Of a DNA stretch of 64,000 bases, positions 1-12,335 are shown one piece after another. This DNA is from Lama glama (Eukaryota). Position numbers and translations under genes: made by a program. Each line of letters starts with the position of its first letter. Position 1 is the first letter of the stretch. The stretch lies in the NCBI GenBank assembly GCA_028534125.1, contig CM052816.1, positions 16,432,001 to 16,496,000 on the forward strand. The letters run 5' to 3'. Below the pieces are notes generated by a model. It was given only the letters and a program-made list of their open reading frames with translations. It was not told the DNA's origin and searched no databases.

Positions 1-2850
1 CCACGGGAGGTGAGGGGATGAAAGAGAAAGGCAGCATTTTGAAATCTGACTCTTGCAGAAACAGGTTAGCAAAGTTAAAAGGTAGCCAAAGGAGGCAAAT
101 GGGTAACTGTACACGATCTGCATCAAACAGGGCAAGGCCCTGGGACCTGCAGCTGAAAAGGGGAGAGGAGGTTCTCCCCTATTAATATAAATGTTCTGTG
201 ATTAACAAATGATAATGATGCCGCACTTTTCATGCAGAAAAGAGCCACAAGTATTTTGTTTCATCAATCATTATTTCTACAGAGAACCTATGACATATTT
301 AGGATTTAGATGCAAGTTACCAATTCCTACAGAATTTTTCCATAAATAAGGTTCCATGTATGTAGTTGCAAAAACCATGAAATTAGACTACTGACTTGAC
401 TTTAGAAGAATGGCCATTTTTACAACTAACATTAACTGATGTGAAAAAGGGCATAATCCTTAGAGAAAACCATAAAACCACCATAAAAAAAAGTTACCTT
501 TTACTTAACATGCTATCCTTCATTCAAAGCATATTTCTTCCCAGGCCTGAACTGAAAACATGTTAAGATTATAGTTTAACCCATGAGGTTTAATACTAAG
601 AGAGGGATGTCTACCTACATTTCAAAGAAAATGTGTCTCAGTGAAAAGCAGACAAGATCACATATTACTGTAAAATTGTGCTCTCTACATTTTTTTTTTT
701 TGTTTAAAGGGAGACAGATTAGCTTGGCAAAGTCTCAGTCCATCTCAGCTGATCTTGAGCAGTGAGCCTTTCATTTCTTGTTAACCCAGACCCTGGGACT
801 GCCTCGGCAGGGACAGAAGCTGATTTTCTGGCAGAGAGCACAGCTCACAGCTTCCTTACAGAAGGGCTTGATCAGAAGCCCCCATTACAAATGAGAACTC
901 CACAAGCTAAAATTTACCAACCCATTCATCAGGGTAGCCATGGCCATTTGTCAGGGAAGAGCTCTGTCACAATACAACTGTGTCCTGAGCACACAAGAGT
1001 CCCCTAGCCCTGAAGGATAGCAAAGAAGTAGTTTCCATCATTTCAACCACAACCCTAAATTAACTGAAACTGTGAGAAGGGTGAGAAATACTGGCTGGGA
1101 ATGCCCACATTAATCCTAAAGATTACAGTTAGTAAAATGGACTATCAATTGGCTAAATTCTTAATGTACGCAGAAGAGTCAATTGGAAAGGCAAGCCATT
1201 TAGTAATTCAGGGAAATAGCATACTTAAGCCACCAAGGCAGTTGGGAGGGGAAAAAAAGAAAAAAAAAAAAACAGATTCTTTTGCCCTTCATTTTCTGAG
1301 TAATGCTCTCTGAGAAAAGTGAGTAACAGTGCCAAATAGCATTACCCTTTTTCATTTAAAGTGCAAACTTCCCTTTTCAATTGCCTATAGAAGGCAAGAC
1401 TCCTTTTAATTTCAATCTATTTCTGTTTTGGTATCAGCACAGGTTTGAAGATGAGACTGTTAGTCATATGTGCTCTCTTTACCAACTGGCTCGGGTGGAA
1501 ACGCATCACAACTACACTGCAGATCCTGGTAATACAATGTTAGGCCTTTCATTTTTTGGTGTCGTTTTATTTTCTTCAACACCTCACCCACCCCCCCAAC
1601 TTTCCTTTTAAATTTTCTGGGTTAAAGGGAAACGACCACTTAATCAAGAACCAGAAAGTAATTAAATCTCTCTGGAAAAGGAGAGCTAAAGAAGGCTATG
1701 ATACTGCACCCACATAGTAACCAACAGCTAGTCTGGAATCATTTATATTCATTTCTGTAGCTTGCCAGGGATTTCAATCACCTTTCTGAAATGAGAGTGG
1801 GCTGATAAATTTGCAAATCCACACACAACTAAGAGAATACCCATTGCCAACATCAAATAGCAAAGATACTAATTTTTTAAGCCAAAAATCTGCACTAACA
1901 CATGTAATTTCTTAATGTGCCTAAGTTAATTTCTGTACCAATTCAATGAATGGAATTGATTGAACTTCCCAACTCCACTAATTATTAAAATCCATCTGCT
2001 TATTCTAATGCTAGTCACCAAGAGCTAGACTCCATCTTTCCAATAAAAATAAGCCCTATGTAGCACTAGGTCTGAATCCTAAAATTCAAAACAGGCATAT
2101 CATTTTCTTAAAGCATATTTCCTACACACAGTTATTGGGGGGGGAGGCTATAAATGGCCTGTTCTCTCTAAAATGTGGATATCAATATGAAATTTTAAAA
2201 CAATATTTTCAGAAGCTGACTTAAATGATCATTTTCCTAATAAAGCAATACAGTAACAGACCTGTCTCAAAACTGTTTTGGGACAAGCTTCTCATATCTT
2301 ACTGGTTAAAGTACTTCGACCAGAAAGACAAAGATAAAAGTGATAGGCCATCTGTAGATAATTAAATATTTTTGTTCCTAACCTAGGGCAAGCTCGTAGT
2401 ACTTAAATAATTTAAGCCCAAAAACAAATAGTAAATGACTGTTTAAGCTTTCACACTGCTACTGCAAACATTTGGAAAAGTCTGCTACTCGTTCAACTAA
2501 CCTATCCTTTGATAATTTTTTAAAAGCCTGATCTATGGAATGTTTGGTGAACCTTCCTATCAACACTGAAACTGGAAACTAAAAGTACAGTCCAAACACA
2601 TTGTGTTCAATCACCTTAAGAGCCATTTTTTTTGGGCAGGGGTGGGAGGTGGGCAGTGGGTTGGTGGGGGGGATGGGAAGAAAACAGTATTATACTGGGA
2701 GGGTAGGGGAACAAAGTGCAGTGTACAGGAAAGTTTTGTTATTAAAATTGTGTATACTGTAAAAAGTGAATGTCTTTTTTTTAAGCTTTTTCTTCATAAC
2801 CTATCAATTTTGACAAATGAAACATAAAAAAATCATTTATGACAGATACA
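1..2850 (+). other. LRRTM2: Probable distal 3' UTR of nested antisense gene LRRTM2 (CDS outside the window, upstream of position 1)
   Basis: Established: LRRTM2 lies antisense within CTNNA1 intron 7, tens of kb from exon 7, and has a long 3' UTR. Seen: no recognisable repeats before ~5.8 kb, AT-rich sequence, poly(A)-like hexamers AATAAA 2042, ATTAAA 2741 and CATAAA 2823, then a GT-rich tract at ~2868-2879. The assignment is inferred and the 3' end is approximate. Confidence 0.55.
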
Positions 2851-5799
2851 GAAACTTTAAATGAACAGTTGTTTTGTACCACGTTCTCTACAACACCAAA
2901 TGTGCCAGTTGAAAAAAGGGCAGCTAATCATCACCTGCCTTCATTCAGAGAGACAAAACTAGGCTAAGAAGTAAAAGGGGGGAGGCAGCACTAGCTGAAA
3001 AAGCCATCATGCCAGTAAACAGCAGTCATGCAATAAGAAACTGCTGTGTCACAAGCCTTAGCAAGTGGACCAACAGCTATCTCAGGGGCCTAGAGTGGGC
3101 TGCCATTCCCCCTCCTCCCTAACAGTGGACTGCTGCCACAGCCTGGGGAGCTTCAAAAAGGTACTCCATTGCCTATACCCAGAAAACAGTAACTTGGCCT
3201 CTACCTAGGGAGTCCATTGGGGTTTGATCCTAGTAGTGCCTTGCACACCACTCCTGAGAGGAAGGTTCTCAAGTGCTGACCATGCTGGGATTTCTAGGAT
3301 CCTTACATGACCTACCCTACCCCAGACACTAGCTCAGTAAATATGGATAGGGGAAAGGAAGTGAAGATTTTTAACTAGTGCTCCTTGCTTGGCATAGATA
3401 AACATCCCCAGGACAGGATGCTTTGCCACAGCAGCACTAGGGGCAGAAACTGTCCTGGCCTTGAGTTGACTGCTACCAAGTCGCCATACTTGCCAGAATG
3501 CACTTACTGCTTCTCCAGGCCGGGAGCAGTGCAACAAGACCAGAAAGGTAAGAAGAAATAAGCTATGCCTTTCCCCAACACCCAGGGATGAGGGGAAGCT
3601 AATAAACTTCTTACACCAGGAACCTCAGGAGTAACTAGGGCAGAGGCAGGAAGCACAGTACAAAACTGTACTTTCAAACTCAACCAGTATGCACTAGAGG
3701 GCATAGGTGATAGTAGTTTCAAGCTGCAAAAAGGAATGGATTCCTATCCTTTATGGAATTAAAAGCAGAGCTTATTAACGTAATTCTCGCACATTTTAAT
3801 CTTGAAAATCCCATGTAAAGCTATATCTGATTTCTTTATCAGTTATTTTAATTAGTTTTGCCTGTATGCCACAGCATTTTCAGGTTCCCACTCAGATTTA
3901 TAATAGAATTCAAGGTCTGTTTAAAGAAATTTTTTTCTTTCTTTAAATATATCTAACCAGCTGGGTTCTCAAGTTTCCCTTAGAAATGTTCTACAAATTG
4001 TCTTTTACAAGGGAAAAAGAGGTAAAGATCACAGCTATTCCCAACATCTCTCCTTAGCATGAGCTCCTCCTCACTAGCTAGACACTCACTGTCTTAAGGG
4101 ACAGATGTTGGGCCCCCCCTTCCCCTATCTGAAGGGGCCTTTAAAGAACAAGAAATCTCCAAAGGCAAGTACAATGAAATATCCTACCTTGCAAAGCCCA
4201 CAAACTGAATATACCATCCCTTATACATGGAGGCCTAAGACTAAAGCTAGCCCATTCGCCAACTCAGGACCTTCTGGATAGAAACCCAACGTGAAGAAGC
4301 ACCTGTGAACAACCACCCTGAAGGTAGGGGTCAATGGCTCTACCACCATCCAAAGAGAGAGGGCTTAGGAACCAGATTTTAAAACTGCAGACCCAGATAC
4401 AATTCCCAAAGTCTTTTCAAACCTTTCATAGAGACTCTACCAACAACCACAATGAAGAGATATAAAAATGTCATAACTTTACTGAATATCCGTTTACAAT
4501 TGTGCTCAATTCATAAGAACTACAACTTCAGGCCCTGGTATTTCTACCCAAACAAAAATAAACAGACCGACACATGCACAAACACACACACAACATCTCC
4601 AGGTTGCTTTTTCTGGAAAATCATCAGACAAAAGCTCTACAGCCATTTATATGTTTCATTAACACGAGACCCAAAACAGTTCCTCTTGTGATAAACAAAA
4701 ACATTTCCCATGGCCTAGCTGCAAATACATAGAGGGCAACTGCTCAGCACATAAGAGCTGTAAAACAAATGTATTTATCATTTATATATCACCTACTTTT
4801 ATAAAATCAAGGAAATTTAGCAAAATACATTCATATGTACAGAATGGATGAAATAAGGCTGTAAAAAGATCAAAAGCAGGAAGGGATTCTTAACTCTAAG
4901 GGTCAAGGATATGTTTCACAGGATACAAGAATCCCTTGAAATTATATTGCAAATATTGTGTGAGTCTAGAGATTTCACCAGAACCTAAGACATTTTGGTT
5001 AACTCACAATAAAAGGAAACCCTAAAGGAGCAATAAAACAGTTACTTTTAGTTTACAGTAATTTGGCCTTGATCTTCCTGGTGGCTAAGGCAAAGAACAA
5101 AACAAATAGCTTTCCTCAGAGAAAGGATGCACATAGGTTTGTTTGGGGGGAACAAAAGAAGGGCAAAAGTTTGTGAATTATTTATAAAATAGAGCCAGCT
5201 GTAGGAACAATAAGGAAGCATGTCAGACAGTATCTCCAAGGAGGTTTTAGAGAACAGCCACACTTGTTTTTCATGTCAATCCTTGAAAAAACTACAGGAA
5301 AGGAGCCTACACAGGCATAATGCATGGTTTGTGACCTACTCTTTGTGGTGACCCAAGACTGGAGGAGCATATACAGTCAGGAAGAATGAATATGCATCTA
5401 TTCGGAAGAACAGTTCATGTTTCTACCTTATCACATCCCTGGGACCCAAACTAAGGTGTTCCATCACATAAGGGACACCCAGTAAACTCCTAGTCCATTA
5501 CATTACAAATCTTCTAGGCTCGGAGTACAATTTAAAATTTTAAAATTTTCCACTACATCATGAATGAAGAGAAGCATATTTCATGTAGTATCTCTAGGTA
5601 TGCAGATGATAATCATAAATGTTCTTATTGGGTAAGAATCTGTAAGATGATAACTAATTTCCAAAGAAAGAACACATTTAAAAAGACAGCATTCACTGGT
5701 CTGAACAGCTGTCAGAAATTTAACTGTCTCTTTAAAATTTAAAACTCATTCTACAGGTCTTCAGCAAAACCTCCTAGGTTTCAAAAGGAACAAACAGCA

Positions 5800-5975
5800 C
5801 AGGGTTTAGAGACATGCTCCAGACGAGTCTGTGACCCTGGACAAATCTTTTGACCTCACTGTGCCTCGGGTCTCTTACCCCTAACATGGAATTAACAGCA
5901 GGAACAACCAAAAGGGGATTTAATGCATGTAAATTCCTGAGAATAGGTGGCACAAAGTAAACACTGAATAAATAT
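5800..5975 (+). mobile_element. MIR SINE fragment
   Basis: Core-like 'tgtgaccctggacaaatc...gacctcactgtgcctc' and tail 'aatgcatgtaaa...tggcacaaagtaaacactgaataaat'. Confidence 0.65.
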
Positions 5976-8133
5976 TTGGCATTTTAAATAGCAATATGTA
6001 GAGAACTAGATGCAACAGATCCATCAAGCAGAGAATATAATCAATCACGTAGAAGACATGTTAGGTCCCCGACTCACTCCCTGAAAATCTCTACTTCCCT
6101 CACTAAATTAACATATAGTATCCAAAATGAAGATTGATAATCAGTGAGAACTTTTAATAAGCCAACAGCCTAGATGCACTTTTTATATCTAATATTAATA
6201 TACAACTGACTTGATTATTTCATAATGAAGTAATCTGCTTTATATAAATGTATTAGAATACTAGACGTGACATTACTCTGGTTTTATGAATCAAGGTTAA
6301 TCTCAAAAGATTGAGAATCCCTAATTCCAAAGTTTCTTCCAGGTGAGACAGCCACTTAAAAATCAAATTATTTGATTATTTGTTCAATAAAATCATACAG
6401 GACAACAAACTATCCATTATCATTAACAGATACTATTTTTTTCCAAGAAATATAAAATAATCTCATTGATATCTCAGCTTCTGACAATTTTATTTTAGGA
6501 CAAAATATATGACTGAGAATTAAGAATCACTATTATGTTTGGTTTTTTTGCTTAGGAAAAAAAATGTACTTCAAGTCTACCACATCTAATTTAGGAAGCA
6601 GCCCATCCAGTTGTGGCAGATTTGGTTCCAAGGCAGATTTACTAATGAAGGGTTTGAACAGGAGAGGTAGGAGAATTTTAAAAGACAAAGATATACCTTC
6701 CGTCTAGACGGGTATGTTTCATGACTGTTGACCCTCCATAGTATTTAATCTCTATTAAATATAAAGTTTGCACAGAACTGACTTGTCTGAATGAAGGCAC
6801 ACATTTGGTCATATCAGAACCTACAGATCTTACGGCCCATATTTTTCAATCAAAAACTTCTTTCTCGGCATTATCTTTCCAAGATCATGATCCAATTTAT
6901 CCAGCAAGGAAAATTATCTCCTCCTTTACCCACAACTTTTCTCCACCTTCCCACATCTCCTGACCTTAGGCTTGCTCTCTTTCCTCATTTACCAGCACAT
7001 AAACAAGTTTATCACACGTCTGCTTCTCTTCATGGCTTTCAAGACTCCAAGGAAAAACTATCTAATTGAGGGGAAAGCAGTCAGTTGTAGTATATCCACT
7101 GCTATACAGTTCCTTTTTAAGAAGTTAGCCGTAAGTTTAAAAATACTCCTAACTCCACAAAACTGTCTATCAGCTGCAAACTAATCCATATAATTTGAGA
7201 GATACTATTAGAAACATAGTTGCTCATCTGAATTGTCTTCTTAGTCTACCATTCTCTTTCTATAGATTCAAGTATCAAATAGTGTTTATTTACTTTGCTC
7301 TTACTTTCAAAAGACAATACCAGCATTTTAAGAATAGGTCCCCTTTTTGCTTTTAATATTAGCATTCACTCCAACTCTCTGACAAAATGCAATCCCTAAT
7401 ACTCCTCACATCTTTAATATTAACATCTATTTTGGTTTTATTTGGGAGGTGGGGGATATGCCTTGGGGCATAGAGGACATAGGTATAGAGGTCATGGCTG
7501 TAAAAGTTTAAAAAATGTAGAATTCTCTGGATAAAGATAGGCAGTAATCCTTCCTTCCCTAATCTGTGCTCTAAAATTTCATACTAGTTTTGTCAGCATT
7601 CCAGAGAACTGGACACAAAAACACTGACCTTTCATGTGAAAATATGTTATGCCATAGTTTTTGCTCCAAACAGAGAAAAAGACAAGAGTATCAAGCGCTG
7701 GTACCTATTCCAGGCTGGAACTGTCACACATGGTACACAGTAAGAACTGTGTTCAGAAGTGACCCTGATAATGCTATCTTCTCACCAATCAACCTCTCTA
7801 ACTTGCCCTTGAAATTCACCACAGGAAAAAATGGCACTGAAAATGGAAGGGGAAGAATTTACTACCCTCAGCACAGTCCTGTAGGCATCTGGGACAGTAC
7901 CAGGTCACCATATCTCCCTCCTGTCTCCTGACAATCCCTTTAGGCCAGTGGGTACAAAACTGCTCTCTGACATCTGTCATCAACTTCCAACGACTAGAGC
8001 CCATTTTATTATTGTGGTCAAACTGCCAGTCTAAGATTTAGCTACTGCTCAACATGAAAACCTAATAGTGGGTGGTCAAGAATTTTCTTCCTTTTGATGC
8101 AACATTCCTGAAGTGTCAAAAGACATTACAGTG

Positions 8134-8308
8134 AAATAAACAAGTTTCTACTCTACAGCACAAGGAACTATATTCAATATATTCCAGTAAACAAATGAAA
8201 AGGAACATGAAAAGGAATATATGTACACACATGTATGACTGAAACGTTATACTGTACACCAGAAACTGACACAACATTGTAAACTGACTATATGTCAATT
8301 AAAATAAA
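8134..8308 (+). mobile_element. Short L1 3'-UTR fragment (artiodactyl/camelid type)
   Basis: Matches the tail of the L1 at 10520-10670 (tgtacaccagaaactgacacaacattgtaaactgactata). Flanked by direct repeat attacagtg at 8125-8133 and 8309-8317. Confidence 0.85.
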
Positions 8309-8732
8309 ATTACAGTGTATAAGTAACATCATCATCCAGATAACCAATTTGTGCTCACGTAGAATTAGAGGCGAGGTGATTACAGATACAATATGAAGAA
8401 CCAGTCAAACTGCAAACGGGTTTATCTATAGTCCAGTTAACCACTCCACCAAATGCTTCACCATAAATTAAAACAAAAATTGTTAAACAAATATATTTCT
8501 GTTAAAAACACGAATCTTCCAGTTCCCAAAAATAATCAATATTTTGAAGACCCTGCCTTCTAAATATTACATCAATTTTTAAACACACAGAGTCCTCAGT
8601 TTAAACTGAGGAGCTGAGGGTCTGGGTATTAGACAAAACCTATAAAGGCAAGACTCTTTATTCTGATTTATTAATTAGCATTTAAACTAACTGAACTCCA
8701 AGACCTGTTATCAACTGGAATTAAGAACACTA

Positions 8733-10673
8733 AAACAAACCGATAGACAGCATAATACTCAACGGTGAAAAGTTGAAAGCCTTCCCACTAAAATCTGGAA
8801 CAAGAAAAGGATGCTCACTCTCACCACTTCTGTTCAACATAATATTAGAAGTCCTAGCCATAGCAATCAAGCAAGAAAAAGAAATAAAAGGGAAGCAAAT
8901 TGGAAGAGGCAGAATTGTCACTATATGCAAATGACATGATACTATATATAGAAAACCCTAAAAGCTCTACATAAAAACTACTAGAGCTGATAAAAGAATT
9001 CAGCAAGGGCAGGAGAAAAGACTAACATACAGAAATCAGTTGCATTTCTTTACACTAACGGTGAAATATCATAAAAAGAAAGTTAAAAGAAATCCCTTTT
9101 AAAATCACATCCGAAAAATTAAATACTGATGAATAAATCTGAGCAAGGAGATGAAAGACTTATACATGGAGAACTACAAAACATTGACTAAGGAAATTAA
9201 AGATGACTTAAAGAAATGGAAAGCTATCCCATGCTCTTGGATTGGAAGAATTGTTAAAATGGCTATACTACCCAAAGCAATCTACAGATTTAATGTGATT
9301 TGTGTCAAATTACCCATATTTTTCACAGAACTAGAACAAATAATCCTAACATTTATACACAATCACAAAAGACCCAGAATTGCCAAAGCAATCCTCAGGA
9401 AAAAGAATAAAGCTGGAGGAATAACCCTCCCAGACTTCAGACAATACTACAGAGCTACAGTAATCAAAACAGCATGGTATTTGTACAATACAGACATATG
9501 GATCAATAAACAGAACAGAGTGTCCAGACTTATGGTCAATTAATCTTCGACAAAGGAGGCAAGAATATACAGTGGAAAAAAGACAGTCTCTTCAGCAAGT
9601 GGCATTGGGAAAACTGGACAGTCGCATGTAAATCAATGAAGTTAGAACACTCCCTCACACCATGCACAAAACTAAACTCAGAATGGCTTAAAGACTTAAA
9701 TATACAACATGACACCATAAAACTCCTAGAAGAATACAAAAGCAAAATCCAATCCAAAAATGGGCAGAAGACCTAAACAAGCAATTCTCCAATGAAGACA
9801 TACATATGGCCAATAGGCACATGAAAAAATGCTTAATATCACTAACTTTCAGAGAAACACAAATAAAATTACCATGAGGCATCTCCTTACACCAGTCAGA
9901 ATGACAACCATTCAAAAGTCCACAAATGCTAGAGAGGGTATAGAGAAAAGGGAACCCTCCTACACTGTTGGTGGGAATGTAGTTTGATATAGCCATTATG
10001 GAAAATAGTATGGAGATTCCTCAAAAACCTAAAAATAAACTTACCATATATGATCCAGCAACCCCATTCCTGGACATATATCCAAAGGGAACTCTAATTG
10101 GAAAAGGTACATGCACCCTCAATGTTCACAGCAGCACAATATACAATAGCCAAGACATGGAAAACCACCTAAATGTCCACCAACAGCTGGCTGGATAAAG
10201 AAGCTATGGTATAGTTCTATAATGGAATACTACACAGCCATAATAAAGAATAAAATAATGCCATTTGCAGCAACATGGATGGACCTGGAAACCATCATTC
10301 TAAGTGAAGCAAGCCAGAAAGAGAAAGAAAAACACTGTATTATATCACTCATATGTGGAATCTAAAGAAAGAAGATGACACAAATGAACTGATCTACAAA
10401 ACAGAAACAGACTCACAGACATAGTAAACAAACTCATGGTTACTGGGGAAAAAGGGGTAGGAAGGGATAAATTGGGAGTTTGAGATTTGCAAATATTAAT
10501 TATATATAAAATAGATAAATACATTTCTTCTGTATAGCACAGGGGACTGTCTTCAATATCTTGTAGTAACCTATAATGAAAAAGAATATTTGTATGTATA
10601 TGTATAACTGAAACATGTTATACATCAGAAATTGACACACTGTAAACTGACTATACTTCAATTAAAAAAAAAG
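8733..10673 (+). mobile_element. 5'-truncated L1 with degraded 3' ORF2, 3' UTR and A tail
   Basis: ORF 9151-9543 reads as L1 ORF2 ([43 protein letters not shown]). Frameshifted. TSD aagaacacta at 8723-8732 and 10674-10683. Confidence 0.95.
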
Positions 10674-10719
10674 AAGAACACTACACATAACAGACTGGGA
10701 AGGGGAGGGGTGGGAAAGA

Positions 10720-10885
10720 TTCAGATTCATTTTCAGTTTTTGACATGTTAAAGTTGAAATTCAAGTAGAGATGACAAGTCCAGGGTAAAGATCTAGGCTG
10801 GAAATACAAGTTTTGAAGGCATCATCAGTGAATACAGGTATTTAAAGTCACAGGACTGAATGAGATCACCAAGGGAATGAGGAGA
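10720..10885 (-). mobile_element. L2 LINE fragment
   Basis: 'tttgacatgttaaagttgaaat...tctaggctggaaatacaagttttg...aggtatttaaagtcacaggactgaatgagatcaccaaggga' resembles antisense L2. Confidence 0.65.
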
Positions 10886-11540
10886 TGTAGAAGAGATTCA
10901 TAGAACCACACTTTTCTCCTACACCAATCTGAGCAATCTTTAAAACAGTAACTGTCAAATGGCAGTCAACCCCTCAATATTAAAGCCAACCAAAAAAGTC
11001 AACCCAAAAAGGATGGGTTTCAAGGGCAGCACCCTCTCAACATCAAAACCACTTGAGCAAAGCATGTTCTACTGGAAAAACTAATGAGAACAGGTCAACT
11101 TACTTCAATGAAAATGATTTAAAACATTACATATCAGAGGAATTGTTATCAATTAAAGACGTACACACACATCGTGTTAGGAAGTGAGAATGATGACTAT
11201 CAAGTCCATCATTCATCACACCTCTAAGTATGTTCTTCATGCCATATAGTGATGGCGATGGTCCTGCCCTCAATGAGGTCAATGTGAAAAACTAAGAACC
11301 AGTAAGTGATCATAGGACAACCAGAAAGGCAGGTTTTAACATGGGGGGTGGGGGGGAATGTGCAACTCACATACTGGAACTACAAGACAGCCAAACATTT
11401 AATGAGAAGACAACCATATAATTTTCTCTATCTTAAAGGTTTGGGTTAAAAAGTGTGTGCATTTGTCGTAACTTATCAAGTAACACATTTAAAATTAGTA
11501 CATTTCACTGTATAAAATTTACCATTAAAAAATTGAACTC

Positions 11541-11657
11541 AAGGTGGGAGGGTATAGTATAGCTCAGTGGTGCTATGTGCTTGGCATGCACAAAGTCCTC
11601 AGTTCAATCCCCAGTACCTCCACTTAAAAAAAAAAAAATCAAAAAATAAATAAATCT
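11541..11657 (+). mobile_element. tRNA-derived SINE (camelid Vic-1-like)
   Basis: A-box tagctcagtgg, B-box-like agttcaatccc, A-rich tail. Flanked by aaaaaattgaactc. Confidence 0.9.
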
Positions 11658-11672
11658 AAAAAAATTGAACTC

Positions 11673-11784
11673 TAAGCAGGAGGGTATAGTTCAGTGGTAG
11701 AGCACATGCGCCTAGCATGCACAAGGTCCTGGGTTCAATCCCCAGTACCTCCATTAAATAAATAAACCTAATTACCTCCCCCTC
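11673..11784 (+). mobile_element. tRNA-derived SINE (camelid Vic-1-like)
   Basis: ggagggtatagttcagtggtagagc...ggttcaatccccagtacctcc...aaacctaattacctcccc. Flanked by aaaaaattgaactc. Confidence 0.92.
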
Positions 11785-12125
11785 AAAAAAAAAATTGAAC
11801 TCTTAATGACATGCAGCCTGCAACATTTAGAGGTGAAATATACAAGTGCCTGCAACTGACTCTGAAATGCATCAAAACAATAAGATGGATACAGGGATGA
11901 ATAAACATATGGTAAAGCAAACATCAAAAAGTTAATCACAGAATCCAGGAAATAAGTGTGTGTATATGTGGATGTTCATTGTACAACTCTTTCAGCTTCT
12001 GTGTATGTATGAAAATTTTCATAATAAAAAGTTGGGAGGAAAGGGAAAAAATATTATTACGATTGTAATATATGGTATTGGCAATTTAACACACTACTCC
12101 TCTCAACTAGACCTATAATGCTGCC

Positions 12126-12335
12126 CGGTGATTAAGAGCTTGGACTCTGAAGCCAGGCTAGATGAAAAGTGTACCATCTCTGCTTACTACTGGTGAACAT
12201 GTGAACAAGTCAGTTAACCTCTATACCTTAACAGTATGAAACTCACGCTCTGAAGATTAAATGGGAATGTGTGTAAAGCACTTAGAACAATTCCTGACAC
12301 ACAGTAAGCACTGAAGTGTGACCTGTATTACTATC
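12126..12335 (+). mobile_element. MIR SINE
   Basis: 'gtgattaagagcttggactctgaagccag...caagtcagttaacctct...gattaaatg...tgtaaagcacttagaaca...acagtaagcact'. Confidence 0.8.

Larger units (their letters stand above)
11440..12040 (+). mobile_element. Old L1M (L1MC/ME-type) 3' end, interrupted by two SINEs
   Basis: 'gcaactgactctgaaatgcatcaaaa...gatgttcattgtacaactctttcagcttctgtgtatgtatgaaaattttcataataaaaagttgg' is a typical L1M 3' terminus. Confidence 0.7.

Noticed and set aside
1385..8660. ~22-bp similarity cctata(g)aaggcaagactc between ~1385 and ~8639
   Set aside because: The match is short and gapped and is compatible with chance.
9151..10198. ORFs of 66-130 aa on both strands, and similar ORFs at 48216-48766 and 52156-52588
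   Set aside because: They are frameshifted L1 ORF2 remnants or their antisense frames, not host genes.
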